This document shows positions 1 to 9,579 of a stretch of 64,000 bases of DNA, piece after piece (the first letter of the stretch is position 1; every line of letters starts with the position of its first letter). The stretch is from a virus. Under the pieces are notes generated by a model, which made no database searches, was not told the origin of the DNA, and saw nothing but the letters and a program-made list of their open reading frames with translations. Location: IMG/VR virus record IMGVR_UViG_3300031746_004145, positions 4,009-68,008 of that record; one strand, 5' to 3'. The position numbers were made by a program, and so were the translations under genes.

Positions 1-2
1 TG

Positions 3-2030
3 TCCCGGGAGGCGGTGGAGGAGGCGAAGAAGCTCTTCCCTTCCAACAACCTCTTCAGCCCGACCAACTACGGGGCCATGTATCTGCCTGGCCACGAGGC
101 TCTGCTCGGACTTCACCTGCTCTCGAAGTGGGGCAAGAAGTCGGGCAAGACCTACGACAGCGTGACTGCCTTGGAGAAGGCCGTAGGCGATGGGCATCTT
201 GCTGTGACGGATGTGGTCTCTGTGAAGGGACTGAAGCAGCCAACCACTCTGGGGAGGATCCTTCTCGAGTCCCGGCTGCCGCGCGGCTTCGCGAAGAACC
301 CAGAGGTGCTTCACGACCCGGCCTTCGAGTTCTCAAAGAAGTCTCTGCGTGGCATGGCTCCAGACATCGCCAACAAGCACCGGGAGCACTACGCCAAGAC
401 AGTGGATGCCCTGAAGGACCTCGGCAACGAGTGGTCCTACAAGATGGGCTTCTCCATCGGGCTCAAGGACCTGAAGACCTTGCCCGAACGAGATGCCATC
501 ATCCACAGGGCAGAGAAGAAGGTTCACGAGCTGAAGAGCACGGGGCAAGGGCACGACGACGATGTCGTGAAGATCTACCAGGGGGCCACGACGGAGATCG
601 AAGACGCACAGAAGAAGCTGCACGGCGGGCCTCACCAAGGTGAGCACCGCCTCGCCCAGATGGTCTACTCAGGGGCTCGGGGTGACGCGGCTCAGCTTCG
701 GCAGATGATCGCCGCCCCGATGCTCGTGGAGGACTCTTCTGGCAAGGTAGTGCCCTACCCGCTCAAGAGGTCCTTCGCGGAGGGCCTCGACATCGGGGAC
801 TTCTGGATGTACCAGCATGGCGCACGGAAGGGCATCATCCAGCGCAGCCGCGGCACTGCGGAGCCAGGAGCCATCACGAAGGACATCATCAACGCCTCCA
901 TGTCGACCCTCATCGTCTCGCCAGACTGCAAGACGAAGGAGGGGGTCCACATGCTCGTGACAGACCCCGACATCCACGATCGTTACCTTGCGGCGCCCTA
1001 CAAGCTGAAGGATGGTTCCTCCATCAAGGCAGGGGAGCTCATCACGCCGGCAGTCCTCTCGAGGCTCAAGAACTCGAAGGTTGAGACGATCTCTGTCCGC
1101 AGCCCATTGAAGTGCGCCCACGGAGATGGCCTGTGCTCGAAGTGCTTTGGTCTCAACGAGTCCGGGCACCTGCACGACAACGGCACCAACATCGGCATCC
1201 TGGCCAGTCAGGCCATGGGAGAGCCGTCGGCCCAGCTCTCCATGAACGCCTTCCACACAGGCGGCGTGGCGAAGGGGGGTGGGGCGAAGTCCATCGACGC
1301 CATCACTCGTCTTCGCAACCTCCTCGAGATGCCCAAGCGGTTGCGCGACGAAGCGACCGTCTCCTTGGCTACGGGCAAGGTCACCGCCATCCGGAAAGAT
1401 CCCGCCGGCGGCGCAGACGTGATGGTCACGAGCTACCACAACGACCAGCCGACCGAGGTGAAGCACTACGTGGCTCGACACCTCATCAACGATGACATCA
1501 AGGTCGGTACTCCGGTAAAGCGGGGCGACAAGCTCTCGAGCGGTTTCGTGAACCCCCACCGTCTCCTCGAGGCAACGAAGAGCATCCACGCCGTACAGAA
1601 CTACTTGACCGACGAGCTCCACGACGGACTGTTCAAGGGCCTCGGGGTGCGGCGCAGGAACATCGAGGTGGCCGTCCGCAACATCACCAACCTGACGAAG
1701 GTGAAGGACCCAGGGCACTCCGAGTGGTTGCCGGGGGACATCCTGCCTCGCTCCCTCGTCGAAGAGCACAACCGAACCAGAGCCACAGGGGACATGCCGG
1801 TTCTGCATGAGCCAGTGCTCAAGGGCGTCGGTGAGATCCCACACCGCATTACCTCGGACTGGATGGCGCGTCTCAACTACCAGCGGTTGCACTCGACCGT
1901 TCAGAACGCGGCGGCCATGGCTCAGAAGTCCAACCTCCACGGGAGCCACCCCATCCCCGGCGTTGCCTACGGCGCGGAGTTCGGGAAGCCTCCTGCCGAC
2001 GTCAAGTCCAAGAAGCCCCACGTGTACTAG
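3..2030 (+). CDS. rpoC: Phage multi-subunit RNA polymerase beta' subunit, C-terminal part (open at the left window edge)
   Basis: Collinear beta' motifs: SREAVEEAKKLFPSNNL, YSGARG..QLRQM, bridge helix GL..GDFW..QHGARKG, Zn site DC..RSPLKC..C..CFG, trigger loop GEPSAQLSMNAFHTGG, RRNIEVAVR, WMARLNYQ. The NADFDGD motif would lie upstream of the window. Confidence 0.93.
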   Translation, partial: SREAVEEAKKLFPSNNLFSPTNYGAMYLPGHEALLGLHLLSKWGKKSGKTYDSVTALEKAVGDGHLAVTDVVSVKGLKQPTTLGRILLESRLPRGFAKNPEVLHDPAFEFSKKSLRGMAPDIANKHREHYAKTVDALKDLGNEWSYKMGFSIGLKDLKTLPERDAIIHRAEKKVHELKSTGQGHDDDVVKIYQGATTEIEDAQKKLHGGPHQGEHRLAQMVYSGARGDAAQLRQMIAAPMLVEDSSGKVVPYPLKRSFAEGLDIGDFWMYQHGARKGIIQRSRGTAEPGAITKDIINASMSTLIVSPDCKTKEGVHMLVTDPDIHDRYLAAPYKLKDGSSIKAGELITPAVLSRLKNSKVETISVRSPLKCAHGDGLCSKCFGLNESGHLHDNGTNIGILASQAMGEPSAQLSMNAFHTGGVAKGGGAKSIDAITRLRNLLEMPKRLRDEATVSLATGKVTAIRKDPAGGADVMVTSYHNDQPTEVKHYVARHLINDDIKVGTPVKRGDKLSSGFVNPHRLLEATKSIHAVQNYLTDELHDGLFKGLGVRRRNIEVAVRNITNLTKVKDPGHSEWLPGDILPRSLVEEHNRTRATGDMPVLHEPVLKGVGEIPHRITSDWMARLNYQRLHSTVQNAAAMAQKSNLHGSHPIPGVAYGAEFGKPPADVKSKKPHVY

Positions 2031-2033
2031 GCC

Positions 2034-3116
2034 ATGTCCCTCTTCCGACGGCAGCTCGAGGATGCGACCGTTCAACGGGCCAGAGTGCTCGACGTGAACG
2101 TCAACAACTACACCCTCGTCGTGCAGACCGAGCTGACCCAGAAGACCCTTCCCTGGGTCTCTTGGTCTTCTCCTTACATGCACGCCCACAACGGCGAGGG
2201 GATCTACTTCATGCCCGAGGTGGGGTCCATCTGCTGGCTCATGGAGCCGTCGGATGGAGGGATGCCCTTCGTGGTGGGGTGGGCATCCCTTCCCGACAAG
2301 AACCGGAGCCATCGCAACCGGCGACTCGACCTCAACCCAGGGGACATCTACTTGGGGACTCGGGACGAGAACCACATTCTCCTACGGCGCGGAGGGGTGG
2401 TGGAGATCGGTGCCACACCTCTCGCCCAGCGTCTCTTCCTCCCCATCGGCAACATGATCAAGGACCTCTGTGCCAACTACTCCCTCCAGACTTTGGGAGG
2501 GGCCCTGGAGTGGACCGTAGGTATCCCGGAAGACGCTACGGATGGCGACCGCCCCACCGTGTTCACCATCAACGCCAAAGAGAAGGCGAACGAAGCCGCA
2601 CACGTAGCTACGGTCCAAATCGGTTCCCACGGGGACGGGGATCCTACTATCCTGAGTCTGGTTCTCCGCGCATCTGGTGAGACTGGCGCTACCGCCAACC
2701 TCACGGTGACGGGGAAGAAGACCGGGGACTTGGACCTGGACTCCAAGGGAGCCATCACCTGGAAGGTGACGGGAGATGTGAAGGTGGATGCTCAGAACAT
2801 CACGCTCACCGCCAAGGAGAAGGCGGCCCTCGTCGGCACGCAGGTTGCCGAGATGACGGGCGGGCTGGTGAACATCACTTCGAAGTCCGGAGCTGTTGCC
2901 GTCTCTGCCGCCGGCGGCATGGTGGTCTCGACCTCTGGCGCAGGCCCAGCCCTCACCGCGGGGAAGGGTGCTACAGAGAAGGTGCTGCTGGCGACTCCCG
3001 CCTTCTTGGAGTGGCTCAAGACGCACACGCACACGGCGCAGGGGCCGACATCTCCTACATCTCCGCCAATCCTTCCCCCGCCGACCAAGTCTGCCAACAA
3101 CCTGAAGGCATCGTAG
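2034..3116 (+). CDS. Baseplate central spike (gpV/gp45-like)
   Basis: N-terminal OB-fold-like region (ARVLDV..YFMPEVGSICW), beta-helix-like repeats and a C-terminal HTH (HxH) metal-binding tip (KTHTHT). Confidence 0.7.
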   Translation: MSLFRRQLEDATVQRARVLDVNVNNYTLVVQTELTQKTLPWVSWSSPYMHAHNGEGIYFMPEVGSICWLMEPSDGGMPFVVGWASLPDKNRSHRNRRLDLNPGDIYLGTRDENHILLRRGGVVEIGATPLAQRLFLPIGNMIKDLCANYSLQTLGGALEWTVGIPEDATDGDRPTVFTINAKEKANEAAHVATVQIGSHGDGDPTILSLVLRASGETGATANLTVTGKKTGDLDLDSKGAITWKVTGDVKVDAQNITLTAKEKAALVGTQVAEMTGGLVNITSKSGAVAVSAAGGMVVSTSGAGPALTAGKGATEKVLLATPAFLEWLKTHTHTAQGPTSPTSPPILPPPTKSANNLKAS

Positions 3117-3126
3117 AGAGGACGTC

Positions 3127-5295
3127 ATGGACCTGTACCTCGACCAGACCCCGGAGAAGAAGGAAGAGGGCCACGAGAAGACGTCGGCCTTCGCCGCCCG
3201 CCTCTCCGAGTCACCGGAGAACTGGCCGCAGGAGCTGACGAGTGAGCTCTTCAAGCAGCTCCCGTACCTCTCCGACTACGACCTGAACGTGAACCTCGAC
3301 CGCGCCGACTCCCAGCGCGGCTTCGCCTTCGGGTACGCCGATGTGACGAGCCGCACCGAGCGCCCCGACATCGAGCACGGCGACATGGGCATCCCCCACC
3401 TGCGGATCCCGGTCATCGGGATCGAGCGCCAGGTGAAGCCCTTCTCGGTCTTCCTCGATGGCGACGCCGTCTACCCCCTGACCGAGGAGCGGGTCCGCGA
3501 GACCCTCTTCAACCCCTCGACCTTCGACCTCTCGGCGACGGTGCCCCGCGACCCCAGCCTCATCGAGCCGCTCATGCCGCCGCAGCGCGCCAGCATGGGC
3601 CAGGGCGGTGAGTACAAGATGGCGTCGGCCAGGTCCTTGCTGCACGCCATCGCTCCCACCATCTCCGAGCGGGACGCCAAGGCCTTCGTCGAGAAGGTCG
3701 CCACCGACGCCACCCTTCGCTCTGGCTTCAAGCGCGCCGGCGTGGTCGAGGACCTGGTCGAGATCTTCGACAAGACCAAGCGCGCCTCCGCCAACGACCG
3801 CTTCGCCTACATCGCGGAGCAGATCCAGCCAACGGTGGTCACCCTCCAGAAGCTCCCCGGCGGGGAGTTCCTGGTGAAGCACGCCAACTTCGGGGCGGTG
3901 AACCCGGTCACCCTGCGCGGTGAGGCCGTGCCAGGAGAGGAGGCCGCAGAGGCCATCGGACCCGAGGCCGCGCAGGCCATGGTGCCCGGTCAGACCGCCA
4001 CCATGACCGCCGAGCCCATCGAGCTCGAGGAGCCCTTCCAGCAGGTGGCGAAGCCCATCGAGACCTTCGGCGAGTACAAGGTGATGGACACCATGGAGAA
4101 CCAGCTCATGGGCTGGGTCTTCCCCTACACCCTCGCCTGGGACGGCAACTTCACCAAGCAGCCGCTGGCCCTCTTCACCAACGGCTCTGCCTACGCGCTC
4201 CAGGATTCCATCGTGGGCGACATGGTGGGCAAGAGCACCAACCTGCCGGCAGAGACCAAGCCGGTGGGCGAGGGCGTCCTCTTCACCACCCAGGGCGGCA
4301 ACGCCATCTGCACCCAGCCCATCACCATCCGCTCGGCCATGTCTGGGCCGGACGGGTCTCCTTCGCTGGTCGCTCTCGACATGATGGGCCAGCACATCCA
4401 GATCTCCTTCACGGACGGCCTCTCCCAGCCACAGCGCATCAGTGATGTGGAGTACGCCTTCCCGAAGACCTGGAACTTCATGCGCCTGAACAACCAGACC
4501 CAGCTCCAGGGCGGCGGACAGGACATGGGAGAAGACCCGGAGATGGTGGAGGGCCAGGGCGGTCAGAGCGATGGCGCTCCCAAGCCCCCGAAGAAGCCTG
4601 CCGCTGGCAAGCCTGGCGAGAAGAAGGACGCCAAGGGGGAGAAGAAGCCCGAGAAGAAGGAGGGCAAGCCAGCCGAGAAGAAGGAGAAGCCCACGGTGCA
4701 GGTGAACGTGGGTGAGGCGGCCAAGAAGGAGAAGACCTCTGCCACGCTCTTCTTCAACGGTGCCTTCCAGTTGGTGGGCGGCTGTGGTCTCGAGAAGCTG
4801 GCCACCGAGTTCCGCTACGACCTCTCTCCCGTCGATGCCGAGTGCATGCTCGGACTCCTCGGAGTGGATGGCCTCGTGGCCAAGGCCAAGGTGGCCGAGG
4901 CTCGCCGCAATGGCTCGGTGAAGCTGGCTGGCCTGAAGACCATCACCACCCTCGGTGAGCGGTACCAGGGAGCCACCAAGACCGCGGCTGCCCTGATGGC
5001 CGACATGCCGAACCTCCGGGTCGATCTCATCAAGGAGGCCTCGGAGCTCCAGGACCAGAGCTCGGTCAACAACGTGCTGGCTCTGAACTTCATCAACCCG
5101 GAGAACCTGTCGACCTTCATCGACTACATCCCGGAGCTCGAGCAGACCAGCGAGAAGCTCTCCGAGATGCTGCTCTTCTCCTACCTCGGCATGAACGAGC
5201 TGCCCGAGGGACCGATGGAGCGCAGCATCAAGAACATCGAGAACGTCATCGCCGGTCTGAAGAGCGTGGCGGAGACGGGCCCACGCGAGGACTGA
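3127..5295 (+). CDS. Large putative head/virion protein with several K-x-A/S sites
   Basis: Strong GC3 codon bias, RBS GAGAGG, structural operon context; EKTSA, YKMAS, TKRAS, EKLAT, VKLAG, TKTAA, IKEAS. Confidence 0.5.
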   Translation: MDLYLDQTPEKKEEGHEKTSAFAARLSESPENWPQELTSELFKQLPYLSDYDLNVNLDRADSQRGFAFGYADVTSRTERPDIEHGDMGIPHLRIPVIGIERQVKPFSVFLDGDAVYPLTEERVRETLFNPSTFDLSATVPRDPSLIEPLMPPQRASMGQGGEYKMASARSLLHAIAPTISERDAKAFVEKVATDATLRSGFKRAGVVEDLVEIFDKTKRASANDRFAYIAEQIQPTVVTLQKLPGGEFLVKHANFGAVNPVTLRGEAVPGEEAAEAIGPEAAQAMVPGQTATMTAEPIELEEPFQQVAKPIETFGEYKVMDTMENQLMGWVFPYTLAWDGNFTKQPLALFTNGSAYALQDSIVGDMVGKSTNLPAETKPVGEGVLFTTQGGNAICTQPITIRSAMSGPDGSPSLVALDMMGQHIQISFTDGLSQPQRISDVEYAFPKTWNFMRLNNQTQLQGGGQDMGEDPEMVEGQGGQSDGAPKPPKKPAAGKPGEKKDAKGEKKPEKKEGKPAEKKEKPTVQVNVGEAAKKEKTSATLFFNGAFQLVGGCGLEKLATEFRYDLSPVDAECMLGLLGVDGLVAKAKVAEARRNGSVKLAGLKTITTLGERYQGATKTAAALMADMPNLRVDLIKEASELQDQSSVNNVLALNFINPENLSTFIDYIPELEQTSEKLSEMLLFSYLGMNELPEGPMERSIKNIENVIAGLKSVAETGPRED

Positions 5296-5297
5296 CC

Positions 5298-5642
5298 ATG
5301 TACGCTTCGATGCGAGACGAGCTGGAGAAGATCGCCCTCTCCCCTGGGAAGATCAAGAGTGTCTACGAAGGTGCCGCAGCGGCCCTCAAGAACACTGCCG
5401 CTGGGGCCGAGCGCGGCACCAAGGCCTTCAGGATGCGGGGGAAGCTCAACGGGTGGCAGGAGCGCAGGTCGGCAGGGGTCGCGCAGAAGAGGATGAACCG
5501 TTCGACGGAGCTCACCAGGTCCCTGCCTCCCGAGCAGCGCAGCGCTCCGACCGGACCCGTCGGGGACCAGATCGCTCACCTGCAAGCGAAGACGAAGGCG
5601 CAGCAGAGTGGTCGGGACCTTCTTCGGGTCGTGTCCAGGTAA
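5298..5642 (+). CDS. Small basic protein with a DELEKIA leader (putative head-internal protein)
   Basis: MYASMRDELEKIA followed by a K/R-rich body; starts 2 nt after the upstream stop. Confidence 0.6.
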   Translation: MYASMRDELEKIALSPGKIKSVYEGAAAALKNTAAGAERGTKAFRMRGKLNGWQERRSAGVAQKRMNRSTELTRSLPPEQRSAPTGPVGDQIAHLQAKTKAQQSGRDLLRVVSR

Positions 5643-5648
5643 GGCCAC

Positions 5649-6506
5649 ATGCCCTCGAAACATCCCGCTGCGAACTTCATCAAGTACCTGATCATTCAGA
5701 ACCCCACTCTCGCAGACGCCATGATCCAGAGGCGGCTGGAGGAGTGGGCCTTCCTGTCCGCGGATCCCACCCTGCTTCCCATCATGAGGGCGGAGATCCC
5801 TGCCCCGCCGGCGGGGTTCAACCCAGCCGACCGCACGCACCGGCCCAGCGTGCGGTACCTGCGCGAGCAGCAGGTCTACGAGATGTTCCACCCCAACGAC
5901 GCGCTCAACCAGGCGCTCGATCTGCTCAGCTTCCCTGACCAGCGGCTGGTGGCAGAGCAGCTGCTGCTCTCCAGGCTCGACCTCAAGCTCACCTGCAAGC
6001 TGGTGAACGCCAAGCAGAACTGGCACCTGACGGAAGAGGGCCTCTCGATGTACCGGCACTACTTCTGGAACGTGCCGTCCATGACCTTCGATGAGTGGGG
6101 GCGCTTCCTCTTCAGCCGCACTTCCTACTACGAGAGGTACATGAGCCTGCTCACGGCGCCGCCGAAGCTGGCCTTCTACCACCTCCGAATCGACCAGCAG
6201 ATCGACTCGAAGAAGATGATCGAAGACGTACAGCGCATCGCCCACGAGGCGCTCCTCGAGGTGAGGGAGAAGCCGGGCGTCCCCATCGACAAGGTGAAGA
6301 GCATCAACCTGCTGGGCAAGGTGGTCATCGAGGCACACAACGCCCTCGCCACCTCCGACATGGCCCTGAAGGACACCCTCAAGCAGTTCGAGCAGTGGCG
6401 CATGGAGCACCCGCAGATCACACCTCCCTCCTTGCTCAAGCTGGCGCCAGCAGGTAACTTCTCTGGCTCCGGACTTGAAGAGAAGAAGACAGACCTCAAG
6501 AACTAG
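5649..6506 (+). CDS. Hypothetical phage protein (alpha-helical)
   Basis: ORF with RBS in the operon; no motif recognised. Confidence 0.55.
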   Translation: MPSKHPAANFIKYLIIQNPTLADAMIQRRLEEWAFLSADPTLLPIMRAEIPAPPAGFNPADRTHRPSVRYLREQQVYEMFHPNDALNQALDLLSFPDQRLVAEQLLLSRLDLKLTCKLVNAKQNWHLTEEGLSMYRHYFWNVPSMTFDEWGRFLFSRTSYYERYMSLLTAPPKLAFYHLRIDQQIDSKKMIEDVQRIAHEALLEVREKPGVPIDKVKSINLLGKVVIEAHNALATSDMALKDTLKQFEQWRMEHPQITPPSLLKLAPAGNFSGSGLEEKKTDLKN

Positions 6507-6514
6507 GAGGCGTC

Positions 6515-6979
6515 ATGGAGTGGATGGAGCGGAACGAAGCAACTGGGGCGACGGGCAAGAAGGACTCGAAGGACCTCGACGCGGAGAGGCTGGCGAGTCT
6601 TCCCATCATCACCAAGGAAGCGGACAAGGGGGCGATGCCCTTCGAGCCTGTGCGCTTCACTCCGGTGAGGAGCCCTGGCTGCTACGAGGCGCAGTTCGCC
6701 AAGAGGGACAGCGACGTCGTCCTTCACTTCTGGCCGCCGGGCTACAACCAGGCGAAGAGGGACGAGAAGCCGCTGCCACCCTTCAAGACGGGCTTCGAGC
6801 TGAAGCTGAAGTCGATCATGGTGGCGGAGTTCGGGATCGACAAGGTCGGCTTCCACAACGACCGCGACACCATGGGCGCCTGGTACGTCCAGGTGAAGGG
6901 CCTCGGCGAGAAGCAGTTCTACAGGGACCTCGTGAAGGTCGCCTGTGAGAAGCTGCACTACTCGCTCGGCGGGACCTGA
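6515..6979 (+). CDS. Hypothetical phage protein
   Basis: RBS AGGAGG, codon bias, last gene before a terminator. Confidence 0.6.
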   Translation: MEWMERNEATGATGKKDSKDLDAERLASLPIITKEADKGAMPFEPVRFTPVRSPGCYEAQFAKRDSDVVLHFWPPGYNQAKRDEKPLPPFKTGFELKLKSIMVAEFGIDKVGFHNDRDTMGAWYVQVKGLGEKQFYRDLVKVACEKLHYSLGGT

Positions 6980-6984
6980 CAGGT

Positions 6985-7022
6985 AAGAAGCAAGGGGCGA
7001 CCAGCGCCGCCCCTTGCTTCTT
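6985..7022. terminator. Bidirectional intrinsic terminator
   Basis: Perfect 15-bp inverted repeat AAGAAGCAAGGGGCG/CGCCCCTTGCTTCTT between convergent genes. Confidence 0.85.
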
Positions 7023-7037
7023 GCTACGCCTGCACGA

Positions 7038-7658
7038 CTAGCAGCGCTTCTTCGTATCGGCGTCGACCGTTGGCGGAGCGATCCCGAACGAGATGGTCTG
7101 CCTCATCGAGGTGCTCGCCACCGGCTGGGGGCCGAGGATGCCGACGAGGTGGATCTCGTCGGCCTCCCACTTCTTCGCCATGGCCACGACCGTCTCGATG
7201 AGCGCCCGGAGCTCGGTCGGAGCGGGGCGTGCGGCGACGGGGAAGTCCGGGCTCGCCAACCGGTGGTTGAGCCTCTCGAACCGGATGCTGGCCGTGTCCC
7301 CCATCTTGAAGCGCTTCACCTTCTCCTTGGTGCTCATGAGGCGAGCCTTCTTGGGAGCCCGCTTGTAGGACTTCTTGTTGACGTGCTTGTGGGTCTTGCC
7401 CTCGATGATGACGGACACGAGACGCGGGAGGTTCCGCGCCTCCTTGTCGATGGTCACCTGATCGAAGTTGCTCATCTTGACGCCTGCGGCAGCGAGCTTG
7501 CGCATGCGGGTGAGGTGGCCAGGGTCGAGGTCCTTGGCCTCCTTGATGTTCTCTCGGATGTAGGGAACGTCGAGGAGCTTCTCCTTCGGGAGCTCGCCGA
7601 GCTTCTCCAGGATGGCCTGGTTCCGCTTGTGAGCGTTCGAGCTGAGTTCGTGGTTCAT
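7038..7658 (-). CDS. Basic hypothetical protein
   Basis: RBS AGGAG, K/R-rich 206-aa ORF. Confidence 0.6.
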   Translation of the reverse strand: MNHELSSNAHKRNQAILEKLGELPKEKLLDVPYIRENIKEAKDLDPGHLTRMRKLAAAGVKMSNFDQVTIDKEARNLPRLVSVIIEGKTHKHVNKKSYKRAPKKARLMSTKEKVKRFKMGDTASIRFERLNHRLASPDFPVAARPAPTELRALIETVVAMAKKWEADEIHLVGILGPQPVASTSMRQTISFGIAPPTVDADTKKRC

Positions 7659-7668
7659 CTTCGTTCTC

Positions 7669-8415
7669 CTAGAGCGGGAAGCACTCGGTGAGGTGCGGGA
7701 CCTTGGCCTGGCGCAGCTGGTACTGGAGCTGGACCACGTCGTTGGGGTTGAAGGGTCGGCTGAGCGGCCCGGCCTCGTTGCCCAACACGGCGTAGTGGAT
7801 CTCCTTCGTCTCGAGGTACGGCGCGAGGTTCACCGGCCCGAGCAGGGGCTGGAAAGAGACGAACCGGTAGTTGGAAGGAACGGCCAGGAGGATGGGCAGT
7901 CGCGCATCGGCCATCTTCTGGTTCTCGACGCTGGTGCCTTCCCATGTGTTGGGGGGCGGCCACTGGATGGAGTGACCGAGCTCCTTCTCGATAGCCGCCT
8001 GAAGCGTGCCATCGGTGTAGAGCTTGAGCATGCGCTCCACCCGCTTGGTGAGGATCTGGTACTTGTTGCGCGGGTACCGGTAGAACGCGGCGTAGATCTT
8101 CGCGAGCTGAGCAAGCGAGACCGACGGGTGGAAGAGGTCGCTCATCGGCGCGACCCAGACCATCATGTTGACGATCTTGGCCAGCTCCTTGAGCCGCTCC
8201 TCTCGGAAGAGGATCTTCCCGGTGAACGTCGGGCCGTTCAGCTTGTGGAACCGCGTCAGGCCGACGTGCGCCTTCCCGCTCGGGCAGCGAGAGATCTTCC
8301 ACGACGTGAGAGCGGCCCAGCAGAACCGGCAGCCTTCCGAGACGGCGGTGCAGCCAACGAGGACGTGGAGAGACAAGCTTCGCCACGATGAGTTGTTGTT
8401 GTTCTTATCTGCCAT
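7669..8415 (-). CDS. DUF5131 / phage Gp37-Gp68 family protein
   Basis: GCTAVSEGCRFCWA three-Cys motif, MSDLFH, YQILTKR, W.GTSVENQ..AD.R, RFVS..PLLGPV, G.E.GP..RP. Confidence 0.9.
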   Translation of the reverse strand: MADKNNNNSSWRSLSLHVLVGCTAVSEGCRFCWAALTSWKISRCPSGKAHVGLTRFHKLNGPTFTGKILFREERLKELAKIVNMMVWVAPMSDLFHPSVSLAQLAKIYAAFYRYPRNKYQILTKRVERMLKLYTDGTLQAAIEKELGHSIQWPPPNTWEGTSVENQKMADARLPILLAVPSNYRFVSFQPLLGPVNLAPYLETKEIHYAVLGNEAGPLSRPFNPNDVVQLQYQLRQAKVPHLTECFPL

Positions 8416-8470
8416 TCGATGCCTCCGTGAGGGTAGGGGTTGCAGGCAGGGAATGGTCCCTGCACAATCC

Positions 8471-8478
8471 CTTATCCC
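8471..8478 (-). promoter_or_regulatory. GGGATAAG putative phage promoter motif (copy 1)
   Basis: Same motif lies upstream of four minus-strand transcription units. Confidence 0.55.
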
Positions 8479-8495
8479 TACTACTGGGGGTGAAT

Positions 8496-8525
8496 GGCTA
8501 AGAGGGAGGGGCCGCTGCCCCTCCC
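8496..8525 (-). terminator. Terminator hairpin with TCTTAGCC tail
   Basis: GGGAGGGGC-AGCG-GCCCCTCCC-TCTTAGCC right after the stop at 8528. Confidence 0.7.
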
Positions 8526-8527
8526 GC

Positions 8528-8812
8528 CTACGCCGCCCGGCTCTTGCCGAGCAGCGCCTGCTCCATCTCCTGCTGGGTCTTCAAGATCTCCTTCAGATGG
8601 TTGTCCATCTTGTCGATGCGCTGGTAGAGCGCGCCAATCTGGCAACGCATCATGTAGATCATCTTCATGAGGGGCCAGTTCAAGAAACCAGCTCTCATGT
8701 AGGAGGCACAATCCTCACATAGAGCGAGGGGCGCTTCCTTCGAGACCCAGTCGGCCTGTCCCAGCTCTACTGGAGCGTCGCAGAGGAGACAGGGCTGCAC
8801 GCAGTTGTTCAT
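8528..8812 (-). CDS. Small Zn-finger plus coiled-coil protein
   Basis: CxxC..CxxC (CLLC, CEDC) followed by a heptad helix. Confidence 0.55.
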   Translation of the reverse strand: MNNCVQPCLLCDAPVELGQADWVSKEAPLALCEDCASYMRAGFLNWPLMKMIYMMRCQIGALYQRIDKMDNHLKEILKTQQEMEQALLGKSRAA

Positions 8813-8960
8813 GGCTTCCTTCCCATCACCTTCCGACAGTAGCGCCACCTGTGGAGGTACTTGTTAGGTTCTTCTTGTGAACAGGACAGGTGCCCTGGTT
8901 CCGATGCTCCCCCACACTCTGTGCAGAGCCCTTTCTTCTTACGTCTATCAAACGTCTTGT

Positions 8961-9579
8961 TCATGGAGACCTTCCCAGCCTAGACAGAACCTTTCGAACG
9001 TAGAGAAGCCTGTGGATCGAGCAGATGCCGTGTGTCTTGATCCCCTCCTCGTGCTCGTGAGTGCCGTACCCAAAGTTCCGAGCGAAGCCGTACTCGGGGA
9101 ACTGCTTGCCGTAGTCCACCATCATCGTGTCTCGCAGGTGCTTGGCGATCATGCTGGCCGCCGAGACCTCGATGTGGTTCACATCGGCCTTGGGTTCGAC
9201 GATCTGCTTGCCCCCGTACCTGCCAACGTGGTTGCTGCCGTCGACGATGAGGGTAGACGGCGGCACTCGAAGCTCTGCGAGTGCTCGGGCATAGCAGAGC
9301 TGGAGCGCCGGGCTGACCCCCAGGGAGTCGATCTCCCAGGGCCAGGCCCATCCCATTCCGATGTCCTCGCAGGCTGCGACGAGTAAGGGGTAGGCGGCGG
9401 AGCGTTGCTTCTCGGTGGTCTGCTTCGAGTCCTTGATCCCCGCAGGGAGCAGGCCTCGAGTGTTGTCGTTGAAGACGGCGACGACGGAGATGATGGGACC
9501 AGCCCAGCTCCCATAGCCGACTTCATCGTAGAAGCCCCCCGACGAATCGGGGGGCTTCCTCCTCTCTACGGGGCGACAT
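8961..9579 (-). pseudogene. rnhB: Ribonuclease HII with a frameshift near the N-terminus (pseudogene or recoded gene)
   Basis: DEVGYGSWAGP, GIKDSK, LIVDG, KAD..VSAASMIAK..RD, YGF..N.GYGT..H, IHR. The natural start (ATG 9579, MSPRREEEAPRFVGGL) is in another frame and stops at 9523. Confidence 0.85.

Noticed and set aside
1-2030. Host chromosomal rpoC flanking a prophage
   Set aside because: Too divergent at near-invariant positions and directly coupled to a phage spike gene; no ribosomal protein genes follow.
669-2375. Long antisense ORFs (also 14916-16466, 18513-20219, 29223-30878, 31881-33626, 38448-40841, 55094-56536)
   Set aside because: Shadows of GC3-biased + strand genes; no motifs or RBS.
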